Shown here: positions 1 to 9,606 of the stretch, in pieces
Layout: each line of letters opens with the position of its first letter
How positions within the stretch are numbered: the stretch's first letter is position 1
NCBI GenBank assembly: GCA_947258845.1
Contig: CAMYJZ010000002.1
Span: 5,678-69,677 of the forward strand
Direction: 5' to 3'
DNA: 64,000 nucleotides
Source: an uncultured Ectothiorhodospiraceae bacterium
GTDB lineage: Bacteria > Pseudomonadota > Gammaproteobacteria > UBA9214
The notes under the pieces: generated by a model
What the model was told of the DNA's origin: nothing
Databases searched by the model: none
What the model saw: only the letters and a program-made list of their open reading frames with translations
Position numbers and translations under genes: made by a program

Positions 1-102
1 GCAAGGAATTACCCGCGCATTGATTCCTTTATGCATTGAACGGGGGGGTATGCTACCTTTGCGGCCCAGTTGAACATCAGTCAGTCTGTAACCGGAGTCC
101 CC

Positions 103-390
103 ATGGCGCTTGAAGCAGAGGAAGTCGAAAAGATCGCACACCTGGCCCGCCTGGGCATCGATCATGACGATATCCCCGAATACGCCCGCAATCTGTCGGA
201 TATTCTTGCCTTCGTGGAACATCTCAATGGCGTCGACACCCGCGGCGTGGAGCCGCTGGCACATCCACTGGATGCCGTCCAGCGCCTGCGGCCGGACGAA
301 GTTACCGAGACCGACGAGCGCGAGCATTTCCTGCACAATGCAACCCTGACCGAGGCCGGGCTGTACCTGGTACCCAAGGTTATCGAGTGA
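103..390 (+). CDS. gatC: Asp-tRNA(Asn)/Glu-tRNA(Gln) amidotransferase subunit C
   Basis: ORF 70..390 (TTG at 70). The internal ATG at 103 gives MALEAEEVEKIAHLARL..., the canonical GatC N-terminus, about 95 aa. It sits directly upstream of gatA and gatB. Confidence 0.9.
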   Translation: MALEAEEVEKIAHLARLGIDHDDIPEYARNLSDILAFVEHLNGVDTRGVEPLAHPLDAVQRLRPDEVTETDEREHFLHNATLTEAGLYLVPKVIE

Positions 391-472
391 CCGGGGCTCT
401 GTTGTCCCGACATACCCCCGCGGAGTAACTGTCATTTAATGCCGGATAGATGATTCAGTCCCGAGCTGATTT

Positions 473-1927
473 ATGCACCACAAGACCCTTGTTGAACTAG
501 GCGCTGGCCTCCGCCAGGGAGAGTACTCCAGCGAAGAACTGACCCGGGCCTGCCTTGACCGGGCCGCCGTGCTGGACCCGCAGCTCAACAGCATTATCAC
601 GCTCACCGGGGAACAGGCACTGCAGGCGGCCCGGGATGCCGATGCCCGTATCCGTTCCGGTGAAGCCGGTCCCCTGACCGGCATCCCCTACGCGCACAAG
701 GATATCTTTTGCACAAAAGGTGTGAGGACCAGTTGCGGATCACGCATGCTGGACAACTTCATCGCGCCCTACGATGCCACCGTGACACGGCAGCTGAATG
801 CCGCCGGTGCGGTAATGATCGGCAAGACCAACATGGACGAGTTCGCCATGGGGTCTTCCAACGAAACCAGTTTCTACGGGCCGGTGAGTAATCCCTGGGA
901 CAGCGAGACCGTACCGGGTGGTTCCTCCGGCGGCTCGGCGGCGGCGGTTGCCGCACGCCTGGTCCCCGTCAGTACCGGTACCGATACGGGCGGCTCGATT
1001 CGCCAGCCCGCCGCCCTGTGCGGGATCACCGGCCTCAAGCCGACCTACGGGCGCGTCTCCCGCTACGGCATGATCGCCTTTGCATCCAGCCTGGACCAGG
1101 CCGGACCGTTTGCGCGTACGGCAGAGGATGCAGCGCTCATGCTCGGCGCCATGGCCGGCTTCGATCCGCGTGATTCGACCAGCGTGGAGCGTACCGTGGA
1201 AGACTACACGGGTGGGCTCGGTGATTCCCTTGAGGGCCTGAAGATAGGGCTGCCCAATGAGTTTTTCGGGGAGGGCCTGGACAGTACTGTGGCCGCCGCC
1301 GTCGAGGCGGCGCTGGATGAGTACCGCAAACTGGGTGCAATCATCACGGAAATCTCGCTGCCGAATTCGCAGCTTGCCGTGCCCACCTACTATGTCGTGG
1401 CGCCGGCGGAGTGCTCCTCCAACCTGTCACGCTTTGACGGCGTGCGCTTCGGTTACCGTGCCACGGACCCCGCGGACCTGGAGGACCTGTACAAGCGTTC
1501 ACGTGGAGAGGGCTTTGGCGCAGAGGTCAAGCGGCGCATCATGATCGGTACCTATGCCCTGTCGGCGGGTTACTACGATGCCTATTATCTGAAGGCCCAG
1601 CAGGCCAGGCGTCTGATCCGCGAGGATTTCATACGCGCCTTCGAGCAGGTGGACGTGATCATGGGACCGACCTCGCCCTCGGTGGCCTTCCGCCTGGGCG
1701 AAAAGTCCAATAACCCGGTGACCATGTACCTGTCCGATATCTATACCATCGCGGTGAACCTCGCCGGCCTGCCGGGCATGTCCATTCCGGCCGGTTTCGC
1801 CACGGACATGCCCGTCGGCCTGCAGCTCATCGGCAACTACTTCGAGGAGGCGCGCCTGCTGAATGCCGCGCACCGCTACCAGCAGGTGACGGACTGGCAT
1901 GAACGCATACCGCCTGGCTATGAATAG
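473..1927 (+). CDS. gatA: Glutamyl-tRNA(Gln) amidotransferase subunit A (amidase signature family)
   Basis: 484 aa. Amidase signature [13 protein letters not shown] and [13 protein letters not shown]; gatCAB order. Confidence 0.95.
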   Translation: MHHKTLVELGAGLRQGEYSSEELTRACLDRAAVLDPQLNSIITLTGEQALQAARDADARIRSGEAGPLTGIPYAHKDIFCTKGVRTSCGSRMLDNFIAPYDATVTRQLNAAGAVMIGKTNMDEFAMGSSNETSFYGPVSNPWDSETVPGGSSGGSAAAVAARLVPVSTGTDTGGSIRQPAALCGITGLKPTYGRVSRYGMIAFASSLDQAGPFARTAEDAALMLGAMAGFDPRDSTSVERTVEDYTGGLGDSLEGLKIGLPNEFFGEGLDSTVAAAVEAALDEYRKLGAIITEISLPNSQLAVPTYYVVAPAECSSNLSRFDGVRFGYRATDPADLEDLYKRSRGEGFGAEVKRRIMIGTYALSAGYYDAYYLKAQQARRLIREDFIRAFEQVDVIMGPTSPSVAFRLGEKSNNPVTMYLSDIYTIAVNLAGLPGMSIPAGFATDMPVGLQLIGNYFEEARLLNAAHRYQQVTDWHERIPPGYE

Positions 1928-2011
1928 CCGGTGCAGGGTGCGTTGTACGCACCGGGAAACCCTGTCGGTGCACAGAGTGCACCCTGCCGTAGACCTGGTA
2001 GTGTGAATATC

Positions 2012-3451
2012 ATGAAATGGGAAACTGTCATCGGGCTTGAAATACATGCCCAGCTCGCGACCCGGAGCAAGATCTTCTCCGGGGCATCCACCCGTTACGG
2101 TGCGGAGCCGAATACCCAGGCCTGCGCGGTGGACCTGGGCCTGCCCGGCGTGCTGCCGGTGCTGAACGCGGAGGTCGTGCGCATGGCCGTCAAGTTCGGT
2201 CTGGCAACGCATTCCACCGTGGCGCCCCGGTCAATATTCGCGCGCAAGAATTATTTCTACCCTGACCTGCCCAAGGGCTACCAGATCAGTCAGTACGAGT
2301 TGCCGATTGTGCATGACGGTTATCTCGATATCGAGGTGGACGAGGATACCGTCAAGCGTATCGGTATCACCCGCGCCCACCTCGAGGAGGACGCCGGGAA
2401 ATCCCTGCACGAGGACTTTCATGGCATGACCGGTATCGATCTAAACCGTGCCGGTACCCCCTTGCTGGAGATCGTGTCCGAACCGGACATGCGTTCGGCA
2501 CGGGAGGCCGTCGCCTACATGAAGAAGATCCATTCACTGGTCAGGTACCTGGGGATCTGTGACGGCAACATGCAGGAGGGTTCGTTCCGCTGTGATGCGA
2601 ATGTCTCGGTGCGGCCGCAGGGACAGGCGGCGCTCGGTACCCGTGCCGAGCTCAAGAACATCAATTCATTCCGCTTTGTCGAACAGGCCATCAACTACGA
2701 GGTCGAGCGCCAGATCGCCGTGCTCGAGGGTGGCGGTACAGTTATCCAGGAGACGCGCCTGTTCGATGCCGACCGGCACGAGACCCGCCCCATGCGGAGC
2801 AAGGAAGAGGCGAATGACTACCGCTACTTTCCGGACCCTGACCTGTTGCCGGTCGAGATTGAACCGGCATTCATCGATGCAGTAAGGCAGACCCTGCCGG
2901 AGTTGCCCGAGGTCAAGAAGCAGCGCTTCATGGAAGACTACGGCCTGTCGGTCTATGACGCAGGTGTGTTGACGGCGACGCGGGAACTGGGTGACTACTT
3001 CGAGACCGTGGTCGAGGCGTGCGGCGGGCAGGGTAAACTGGCTGCCAACTGGGTGATGGGCGACTTGTCCGGTGCACTCAACAAGGCCGGCCTGGAGATC
3101 GGCGCCAGCCCGGTCAGTGCCGATGTGCTGGGTGGGCTGTTGCGGCGTATAGAGGACGGCACCATCTCGGGCAAGATCGCCAAGCAGGTGTTCGAGGCCC
3201 TGTGGGCCGGGGCCGGCTCTGCCGACGAGGTCATCGAAAGCCAGGGGCTGAAGCAGATCTCCGACAGTTCCGCGATCGAGGGCATCATCAGGGACGTGCT
3301 GGCGAACAGTCCAAAACAGGTGGAGCAATACCGCAATGGCCAGGAAAAGGTATTCGGGTACTTCGTCGGCCAGGTCATGAAGGCGACCCAGGGCAAGGCC
3401 AACCCCAAACAGGTCAACGAACTGCTCAAAAAGATGATCAATGACGCCTGA
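2012..3451 (+). CDS. gatB: Asp/Glu-tRNA amidotransferase subunit B
   Basis: ORF 1931..3451. The conserved GatB N-terminus [15 protein letters not shown] starts at ATG 2012. Conserved C-terminal GatB/YqeY-type tail. Confidence 0.95.
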   Translation: MKWETVIGLEIHAQLATRSKIFSGASTRYGAEPNTQACAVDLGLPGVLPVLNAEVVRMAVKFGLATHSTVAPRSIFARKNYFYPDLPKGYQISQYELPIVHDGYLDIEVDEDTVKRIGITRAHLEEDAGKSLHEDFHGMTGIDLNRAGTPLLEIVSEPDMRSAREAVAYMKKIHSLVRYLGICDGNMQEGSFRCDANVSVRPQGQAALGTRAELKNINSFRFVEQAINYEVERQIAVLEGGGTVIQETRLFDADRHETRPMRSKEEANDYRYFPDPDLLPVEIEPAFIDAVRQTLPELPEVKKQRFMEDYGLSVYDAGVLTATRELGDYFETVVEACGGQGKLAANWVMGDLSGALNKAGLEIGASPVSADVLGGLLRRIEDGTISGKIAKQVFEALWAGAGSADEVIESQGLKQISDSSAIEGIIRDVLANSPKQVEQYRNGQEKVFGYFVGQVMKATQGKANPKQVNELLKKMINDA

Positions 3452-3770
3452 TATTCAGCAGCCTGCCAGGTGCTCTGGGGTCATTCCATTAAAATCAATC
3501 ATAGCGGAGACGCACGACTGCATGGATGCAGGAGGTAGAGTAACGCATGGAGCAGTTACCGAGAGAACGCAAAGAACAAAAATATAGAATTATTTCTTGC
3601 AGCAAGGATTTCTCGGGATTTTTATCGTCTGTGCAGAATCGGCGGGTAGCCGTCCTTGCAGAAGTGCTCAAAAGGAATTGTTGTTATTTTTTAACCATTA
3701 TTTTCCTGTATTTTTTCTTTGCGTCCTCCGCGCCTCTGCGGTGAAGTCTTTTGTTTCTAATGACCAACCA

Positions 3771-4919
3771 ATGAAAATCGTTGCTGATGAAAACATTCCC
3801 TCCGTGGAGCAGGCCTTTTCCACGCTGGGCGAGGTGACCCTGGTCGCCGGCCGGGAACTGCAGGCCAGGCAGCTGCGCGATACCGATATCCTGCTGGTGC
3901 GTTCCGTGACCCGCGTGGATGCGGGGCTGCTGGACGGCACGCCTGTTCGCTTCGTCGGTTCAGCCACCATCGGTTTCGATCACGTCGACCTGGACTACCT
4001 GCAGGCACATGGCATCGGTTTTGCGACCGCGCCGGGCAGCAATGCCACCTCGGCCGCCGAATACGTTGTCAGTGCACTGCTGGCACTGTCCGGGCGGCAG
4101 CAATTCGATCTGGCCGGCAAGCGCGTCGGCATTATCGGTTGTGGCAATGTCGGTTCGCGCGTGCGCCACAAGCTGGCCGCGCTGGGTGTCGAGTGCCTGG
4201 TGAATGATCCACCGTTGCAGGAGCAGGGCGGGGGTCGGGACTTCGTGGGGCTGGATGAGATCCTGGGGACCGACATCATTACCCTGCACGTGCCGTTGAC
4301 ACACACGGGCCGGCATCCGACCTTTCATCTCATCGATGAGGCCTTCATGGCGCGGCTTCGGCCGCACGCCACCCTGGTGAATACGGCGCGCGGCGCGGCC
4401 GTCGACAATCGCGCGCTCGTGCAGCTGCTTGCAGGGCGGCCGGACCTGTCGGTGGTGCTGGATGTCTGGGAGGGCGAGCCGGCGATCGACATGGCATTGT
4501 TGCAACAGGTTGCCCTGGGTACACCACACATCGCCGGCTACAGCCTGGACGGCAAGCTGCGCGGCACTGACATGATCTACCGGGCCGTGTGCGGGCATTT
4601 TGGCCTGGCAGGACCCTGGCAGGCAGCTGCCGGGCTGCCGGACAGCGAGTCACTGGACCTGGCGGGGATGGATGAAACCGACCTGGTCGCCTGCCTGCGC
4701 AGGGCCGTGTTCCATTGCTACGATGTCCGCTGCGATGACTGGCGCCTGCGGGAATTGCTGACACTGGAACCGGCCGAACGACCCGGCCACTTCGACCGGC
4801 TGCGCAGGGACTACCCGGTACGGCGCGAGTTTTCCGAGGTCCCGCTCAGGCTGGGTCCCCGGCAGGCCGAGTTGCGACCGGTGTTCGAGGGTCTCGGTTT
4901 CGAAGTAACCTGCAAATAA
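3771..4919 (+). CDS. pdxB: Erythronate-4-phosphate dehydrogenase (D-2-hydroxyacid dehydrogenase family)
   Basis: ORF 3597..4919. MKIVADENIP... at ATG 3771 matches the PdxB N-terminus. NAD-binding GxGxxG motif (GIIGCGNVGSRV); about 382 aa. Confidence 0.85.
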   Translation: MKIVADENIPSVEQAFSTLGEVTLVAGRELQARQLRDTDILLVRSVTRVDAGLLDGTPVRFVGSATIGFDHVDLDYLQAHGIGFATAPGSNATSAAEYVVSALLALSGRQQFDLAGKRVGIIGCGNVGSRVRHKLAALGVECLVNDPPLQEQGGGRDFVGLDEILGTDIITLHVPLTHTGRHPTFHLIDEAFMARLRPHATLVNTARGAAVDNRALVQLLAGRPDLSVVLDVWEGEPAIDMALLQQVALGTPHIAGYSLDGKLRGTDMIYRAVCGHFGLAGPWQAAAGLPDSESLDLAGMDETDLVACLRRAVFHCYDVRCDDWRLRELLTLEPAERPGHFDRLRRDYPVRREFSEVPLRLGPRQAELRPVFEGLGFEVTCK

Positions 4920-4981
4920 AGGTGTCAGGAACCTTTTCTTTATGTCTGGCTAGCGAACTGGAAAAGGTTCCTGACACCTTT
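4918..4981. terminator. Perfect 21-bp inverted repeat (AAAGGTGTCAGGAACCTTTTC / GAAAAGGTTCCTGACACCTTT) with a 22-nt loop, between the convergent pdxB and moeB stop codons; putative bidirectional terminator or REP-like hairpin
   Basis: Read directly from the sequence. The left arm starts inside the pdxB stop codon and the right arm ends 3 nt before the moeB stop. Confidence 0.5.
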
Positions 4982-4984
4982 ATG

Positions 4985-5725
4985 CTAGCCGCACACCGGG
5001 CAGCCCGGATCACGCGGCACCTTCAGGATGCGCCACTCGTGCTGCAAGCCGTCGAACACGACCAGGCGTCCGCACAGGCCTTCCCCCAGCGACAGCACCA
5101 CTTTCACGGCCTCCAGTGCCTGGAGGCTGCCGATGATGCCGACCAGCGGTGACAACACACCGTTCTCCGAGCAGGTCTGGTCCGGGTCTTCGCCCTCCCG
5201 GTACAGGCAGCCGTAACAGGGACTGTCGTGGCGCCCGGGGACAAAGACGGCCACCTGTCCTTCCAGGCGTACCGCCGCACCCGAGACCAGCGGAGTCCGG
5301 TGGGCGACGCAGGCCCGGTTCACGGCGAAGCGGGTGGTGAAATTGTCACTGCAGTCCAGCACCAGGTCGGCCTCGCTCACCGCCTGTTCCAGCCGGCTGC
5401 CCTGCAGGCGCTCGGCAATCGGGGTGACCTGTACCTCCGGGTTAATGGCAGCCAGGGTGTCCTGTGCCGAGGCGACCTTGTCGCGGCCGATGTCGCCCTG
5501 GTGGTGAAGGATCTGGCGTTGCAGGTTGGACAGTTCCACCCGGTCATCGTCGACAATGACCAGCTGGCCGACACCTGCTGCGGCCAGGTAGATGGCGGCC
5601 GGCGAGCCCAGCCCGCCGGCGCCCACGATCAGGGCGCGTGTGGTGAGCAGTTTTTCCTGGCCCGCGATACCCACCTGCGGAAGCAGGATCTGGCGGCTGT
5701 AACGCAGCAGCTGGTCATCGTTCAT
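4985..5725 (-). CDS. moeB: Molybdopterin-synthase adenylyltransferase (ThiF/MoeB family E1-like)
   Basis: 246 aa. MNDDQLLRYSRQILL..., GAGGLGS nucleotide loop, C-terminal CxxC...CPVCG zinc motif. Placement after prmC matches Pseudomonas. Confidence 0.85.
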   Translation of the reverse strand: MNDDQLLRYSRQILLPQVGIAGQEKLLTTRALIVGAGGLGSPAAIYLAAAGVGQLVIVDDDRVELSNLQRQILHHQGDIGRDKVASAQDTLAAINPEVQVTPIAERLQGSRLEQAVSEADLVLDCSDNFTTRFAVNRACVAHRTPLVSGAAVRLEGQVAVFVPGRHDSPCYGCLYREGEDPDQTCSENGVLSPLVGIIGSLQALEAVKVVLSLGEGLCGRLVVFDGLQHEWRILKVPRDPGCPVCG

Positions 5726-5763
5726 GGAAAGGCTTCAGGTCGGCTTGCCGGGCGCAGCCCGGG

Positions 5764-6156
5764 CTACAGATAGCGTCGCAGGTAGTCAGGGCGCTGGTCA
5801 CGGCAGCCGTGCGGCCGGCGCAGATAGCGCGTGATGAATACCTCGCGGGTGCATTCGGCCTGGTCATGTATGGGGTCGCTGCATTCGATTTCTTCGAGAT
5901 AGTAGAACACGGCGCGCAGGCAGCGGCAGATCAGGCCGGTTTCCAGCTGGTAGCCGAATTCCCTGAGCAGCGCCTCGATGACCTGCAGGGTGATCTGGCG
6001 TACGTTGTAATGCACCACCAGCCGGTCACGGGAAACGATACGGACCTCGGTGATGCCCTTGACGTCACGCAGCAGACGGGCGGCGGAGTGCACCCTTTCG
6101 GGGCTGGCGTCCGCGCCACCGAGCCGGATAGTCCGCCGTTTGAGTTTCTCGGTCAC
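5764..6156 (-). CDS. Hypothetical small protein with a cysteine-free HMA-like (ferredoxin-fold) N-terminal half and a Cys-containing C-terminal tail
   Basis: ORF 5764..6324 overlaps prmC in another frame. The first in-frame start after the prmC stop is GTG at 6156 (VTEKLKRR...). 39 bp upstream of moeB, same strand. The amino-acid composition looks protein-like, unlike the antisense frame. Confidence 0.35.
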   Translation of the reverse strand: MTEKLKRRTIRLGGADASPERVHSAARLLRDVKGITEVRIVSRDRLVVHYNVRQITLQVIEALLREFGYQLETGLICRCLRAVFYYLEEIECSDPIHDQAECTREVFITRYLRRPHGCRDQRPDYLRRYL

Positions 6157-6196
6157 ACTGTGAGTATAACGCCAAAGCTGGCGCGCGACAGCCGGG

Positions 6197-7066
6197 TCAC
6201 GCCTGCCGCTCGTACCTTCCCAGGGTGACCCGGTCGAGTCCGGCGTAGTCCTTATGGCTGCTGATAGCGACGTAGCCCCCGGCTTGCAGGAGTAGCCTGA
6301 CCTTGGCGCCCTGGTCGTAACCATGTTCCATTATCAGCCAGCCGCCCTCGTACAGGTGTATGTGTGCGCAACGCGCAATCTGCCGCAGTGCAGCCATGCC
6401 CTCGGGACCGGCCGCCAGTGCCCGGCATGGTTCAAAGCGCACGTCACCTGTATCCAGGTGCGGATCCCGTTCGGCCACATACGGTGGGTTGCTGAGGATG
6501 GCATCGAAGCGGCCAGCCGGCAGGGACTCGCACCAGTCACCCGCGATGAAACGCACATTGTCCAGGCCGAGACGTTCCGCGTTCTGCCGGGCTACTCTGA
6601 GAGCCGGTTCCGATATGTCCGTGGCGATGACTTCGCAGCGCGGTCTTTCGGTCGCAATGGCCAGTGCAATGGCGCCACTGCCGGTACCCAGGTCAGCGAC
6701 CCGCAGCGACGATTCAGGAGGCAGCTTTTCCAGGGCCAGTTCCACCAGGGTCTCGGTCTCGGGACGCGGGACCAGGGTGTCGGGTGTGACCGCCAGTGGC
6801 AGTGACCAGAATTCGCGCTCGCCGGTCAGGTGGGCCACGGGCTCACCGCGGGCGCGGCGCCTGAGCAGTTGCGCGAAGCATTCCAGCTCACGCTGATCGA
6901 TGCTGCGCTCAGGCCAGGTGTGCAGGTAGCTGCGCGGCTTGCCGAGACAGGCGGCCAGCAGGACCTCCGCATCCAGGCGTGCCGATTCCGTAGCAAGATC
7001 GCGGCGGGCCTGTTCCAGCAGCGCCCTGATCGACGGTGTACCAGTCATCGCGGTCGGGCACTGCAT
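6197..7066 (-). CDS. prmC: Release factor glutamine N5-methyltransferase
   Basis: 289 aa. NPPY motif (ILSNPPYV) and SAM-binding DLGTGSGAIALA; immediately downstream of prfA. Confidence 0.9.
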   Translation of the reverse strand: MQCPTAMTGTPSIRALLEQARRDLATESARLDAEVLLAACLGKPRSYLHTWPERSIDQRELECFAQLLRRRARGEPVAHLTGEREFWSLPLAVTPDTLVPRPETETLVELALEKLPPESSLRVADLGTGSGAIALAIATERPRCEVIATDISEPALRVARQNAERLGLDNVRFIAGDWCESLPAGRFDAILSNPPYVAERDPHLDTGDVRFEPCRALAAGPEGMAALRQIARCAHIHLYEGGWLIMEHGYDQGAKVRLLLQAGGYVAISSHKDYAGLDRVTLGRYERQA

Positions 7067-7075
7067 GCTTGTGGT

Positions 7076-8167
7076 CTAGGCGCCCTGTGCATCCAGTGCG
7101 GCGAGCTGGTCGGCCTGGTTTTCGCTGACCAGGGGATCGATGACCTGGTCGAGGTTGCCGGTCATGATTTCGTCCAGCTTGTAGAGCGTCAGGTTGATGC
7201 GGTGGTCGGTCAGGCGTCCCTGGGGGAAATTGTAGGTGCGGATGCGTTCCGAGCGGTCACCGCTGCCCACCAGGGAACGCCGGGTTTGCGTTTCCTCGGC
7301 CTTCTGCCTGTCCTGTTCTACGTTCAGCAGGCGGGCCGCCAGCAGGGACATGGCACGCGCCCGGTTCTTGTGCTGGGAGCGTTCGTCCTGGCATTCCACC
7401 ACGATCCCGGTCGGCAGGTGGGTCAGGCGAATGGCGGAGTCGGTCTTGTTGACGTGCTGCCCGCCGGCGCCGGAGGCCCTGAAGGTGTCGACCTTGAGGT
7501 CCGCGGAGTTGATCTCGACGGGGTCGATTTCATCGGCCTCCGGCAGCACGGCGACCGTGGCCGCGGAGGTGTGGATGCGTCCCTGGGACTCGGTCTCGGG
7601 TACACGCTGCACGCGGTGTGCCCCGGATTCGAATTTCAGGCGCGAATAGGCGCCCTGACCGATGATGCGTGCAATGATTTCCTTGTAACCACCGTGTTCT
7701 CCGGGGCTCTCGCTGAGGGTTTCCACCGTCCAGCCGTGAATTTCCGCATAACGGGAATACATCCGGAACAGGTCACCGGCAAACAGGGCGGCCTCATCGC
7801 CACCGGTGCCGGCGCGAATCTCGAGAAAGATATTGCGGTTGTCATGCGGATCCTTCGGCAGCAGCAGCTTCTGCAGCTCCACCTCCAGCCCGGCGACGCG
7901 CTCACTGGCCTTGTTGAGTTCCTCTTCGGCCATGTGCTGCATGTCGGGGTCGGGATCGGCGAGCATTTCCCTGGCGGATGAGACGTCCTCGCGGGCCTGG
8001 CGGTAGGCGCGGAAATGGTTCACCACTGGCGTCAGCTGGGCGTACTCCATCGACAGTTGCCGGTAACGGTCCTGGTCCGCAATGGTACCGGCATCGGCGA
8101 GCAGGGCACTGATTTCGTGGTGGCGCTCTTCGATGCTCTCAAGCTTGCCGAGAATGGACGCTTTCAT
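7076..8167 (-). CDS. prfA: Peptide chain release factor 1
   Basis: 363 aa. GGQ motif ([19 protein letters not shown]); hemA-prfA-prmC order. Confidence 0.95.
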   Translation of the reverse strand: MKASILGKLESIEERHHEISALLADAGTIADQDRYRQLSMEYAQLTPVVNHFRAYRQAREDVSSAREMLADPDPDMQHMAEEELNKASERVAGLEVELQKLLLPKDPHDNRNIFLEIRAGTGGDEAALFAGDLFRMYSRYAEIHGWTVETLSESPGEHGGYKEIIARIIGQGAYSRLKFESGAHRVQRVPETESQGRIHTSAATVAVLPEADEIDPVEINSADLKVDTFRASGAGGQHVNKTDSAIRLTHLPTGIVVECQDERSQHKNRARAMSLLAARLLNVEQDRQKAEETQTRRSLVGSGDRSERIRTYNFPQGRLTDHRINLTLYKLDEIMTGNLDQVIDPLVSENQADQLAALDAQGA

Positions 8168-8186
8168 GATGCGGCTGACGACCGTT

Positions 8187-9443
8187 TCAGCCGCTCTTCA
8201 GCCGGAACAGCGAACGTACGGCATCGAGCAGGCCGCTCTGGCCGTCCACGGTTGCCTGGCGCAGGTTGACACTGGGCTCATGTGCCAGCTTGTTGATCAG
8301 GTTGCGTGTCAGCGACTCCATGACTTCCTGCGGGTCCTTGCCGCTGGCGAGCTGCCGGCCGGCCTTGTCCAGTTCCTGCATGCCGATGTTCTCGGCATGC
8401 TCGCGGTAGGCGCGCACTGCCGGCACGGCATCCAGCGAGCGCACCCAGGACATAAAATGTTCAACCTGGACGTCAATGATCTCTTCGGCCTTTTCGGCCG
8501 CGTCCTGGCGCGACTTCATGTTCTCCTCGATCACTTCCTGCAGGTCATCCACGGTATAGAGATAGACGTCATCGAGATCGGCCACGTCGCGAGCGATGTC
8601 GCCGGGAACGGCGATGTCCACCATGAATACGGGACGGTGCTTGCGCTTGTGCAGTGCCTTGCTGATCATCTCCTTGTCCAGAAGGTGGGTCGGGCTCCCG
8701 GTAGACGAGATAACGATATCAGCCTCCATCAGGTGCGGGGGAATCTGGTCCAGCGCGATCCCGTAGCCGTTGAACCGGTCGGCCAGCTCATGGGCGCGTT
8801 CGATGGTGCGGTTGGCGATGATGATCTTGCCAATTCCCTGATCGTGCAGGTGGCGTGTGGCCAGTTCGATGGTCTCGCCGGCGCCGATCAGCAGGGCGGT
8901 ATTTTCCGCGAAGTTGCCGAAGATCTGGCGGGCCAGGCTGACAGCGGCGAAGGCCACCGATACCGGGCTGGCGCCGATGGCCGTGTCGGTGCGGATCTGT
9001 TTGGCAACCGAGAAGGTGTGCTGGAACAGGCGGCTTTCCAGGGTGTCGAGGGTGCCTGCACGGTTCGCCTGCTGATAGCTTGCCTTCATCTGCCCCAGGA
9101 TCTGGGGTTCGCCGAGTATCATGGAATCGAGACCGGCAGCGACCCGCAGGATATGGCGCACCGCGGCGGCATCTTCGTAGCTGTAGAAGTGCGGTTGCAG
9201 TTTGTCCCGCTCCAGGTTGTGGAAGCGGCACAGCCAGTCGGCGATGGTGTCGAGCTCCTGTCCCTGTTCCGTGCAATAGAGTTCGGTACGGTTGCAGGTC
9301 GACAGTATGGCCGCTGCCTGGATTCCGTCCAGCCCGGTCAGTTCGCCCAGCGCCCTCGGCAGTTGCTCAGGCGGGAACGCAACCTGCCCGCGAATCTCCA
9401 CGGGGGCTGTACGGTGATTGATGCCGAGAACCGTCAGGCGCAT
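8187..9443 (-). CDS. hemA: Glutamyl-tRNA reductase
   Basis: 418 aa. [23 protein letters not shown]... and the catalytic Cys region STCNRTELY. Confidence 0.95.
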   Translation of the reverse strand: MRLTVLGINHRTAPVEIRGQVAFPPEQLPRALGELTGLDGIQAAAILSTCNRTELYCTEQGQELDTIADWLCRFHNLERDKLQPHFYSYEDAAAVRHILRVAAGLDSMILGEPQILGQMKASYQQANRAGTLDTLESRLFQHTFSVAKQIRTDTAIGASPVSVAFAAVSLARQIFGNFAENTALLIGAGETIELATRHLHDQGIGKIIIANRTIERAHELADRFNGYGIALDQIPPHLMEADIVISSTGSPTHLLDKEMISKALHKRKHRPVFMVDIAVPGDIARDVADLDDVYLYTVDDLQEVIEENMKSRQDAAEKAEEIIDVQVEHFMSWVRSLDAVPAVRAYREHAENIGMQELDKAGRQLASGKDPQEVMESLTRNLINKLAHEPSVNLRQATVDGQSGLLDAVRSLFRLKSG

Positions 9444-9606
9444 GTCGGAATAAAGGTCAACCCTGAAACAAACCCAAAATTCTGCATGGGGAAGTGTTTG
9501 AATACAAGTTGCATTTCTCTATGCCGGCGCTGTTGCGGGTGTAAAAACGGTTGCCGCCCGGGGTGTTACCCGAATTAACAAACTATCCCACGGGCAAGCT
9601 GTTAGA

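Noticed and set aside
3547-3744. 65-aa small ORF in the gatB-pdxB spacer as a feature
   Set aside because: Plausible RBS but no conservation evidence. It is reported only as a finding, not as a CDS.
6830-7981. 383-aa plus-strand ORF
   Set aside because: Antisense to prfA (GGQ-containing RF1).
8082-9578. 498-aa plus-strand ORF
   Set aside because: Antisense to hemA (canonical glutamyl-tRNA reductase on the minus strand). High-GC artefact.
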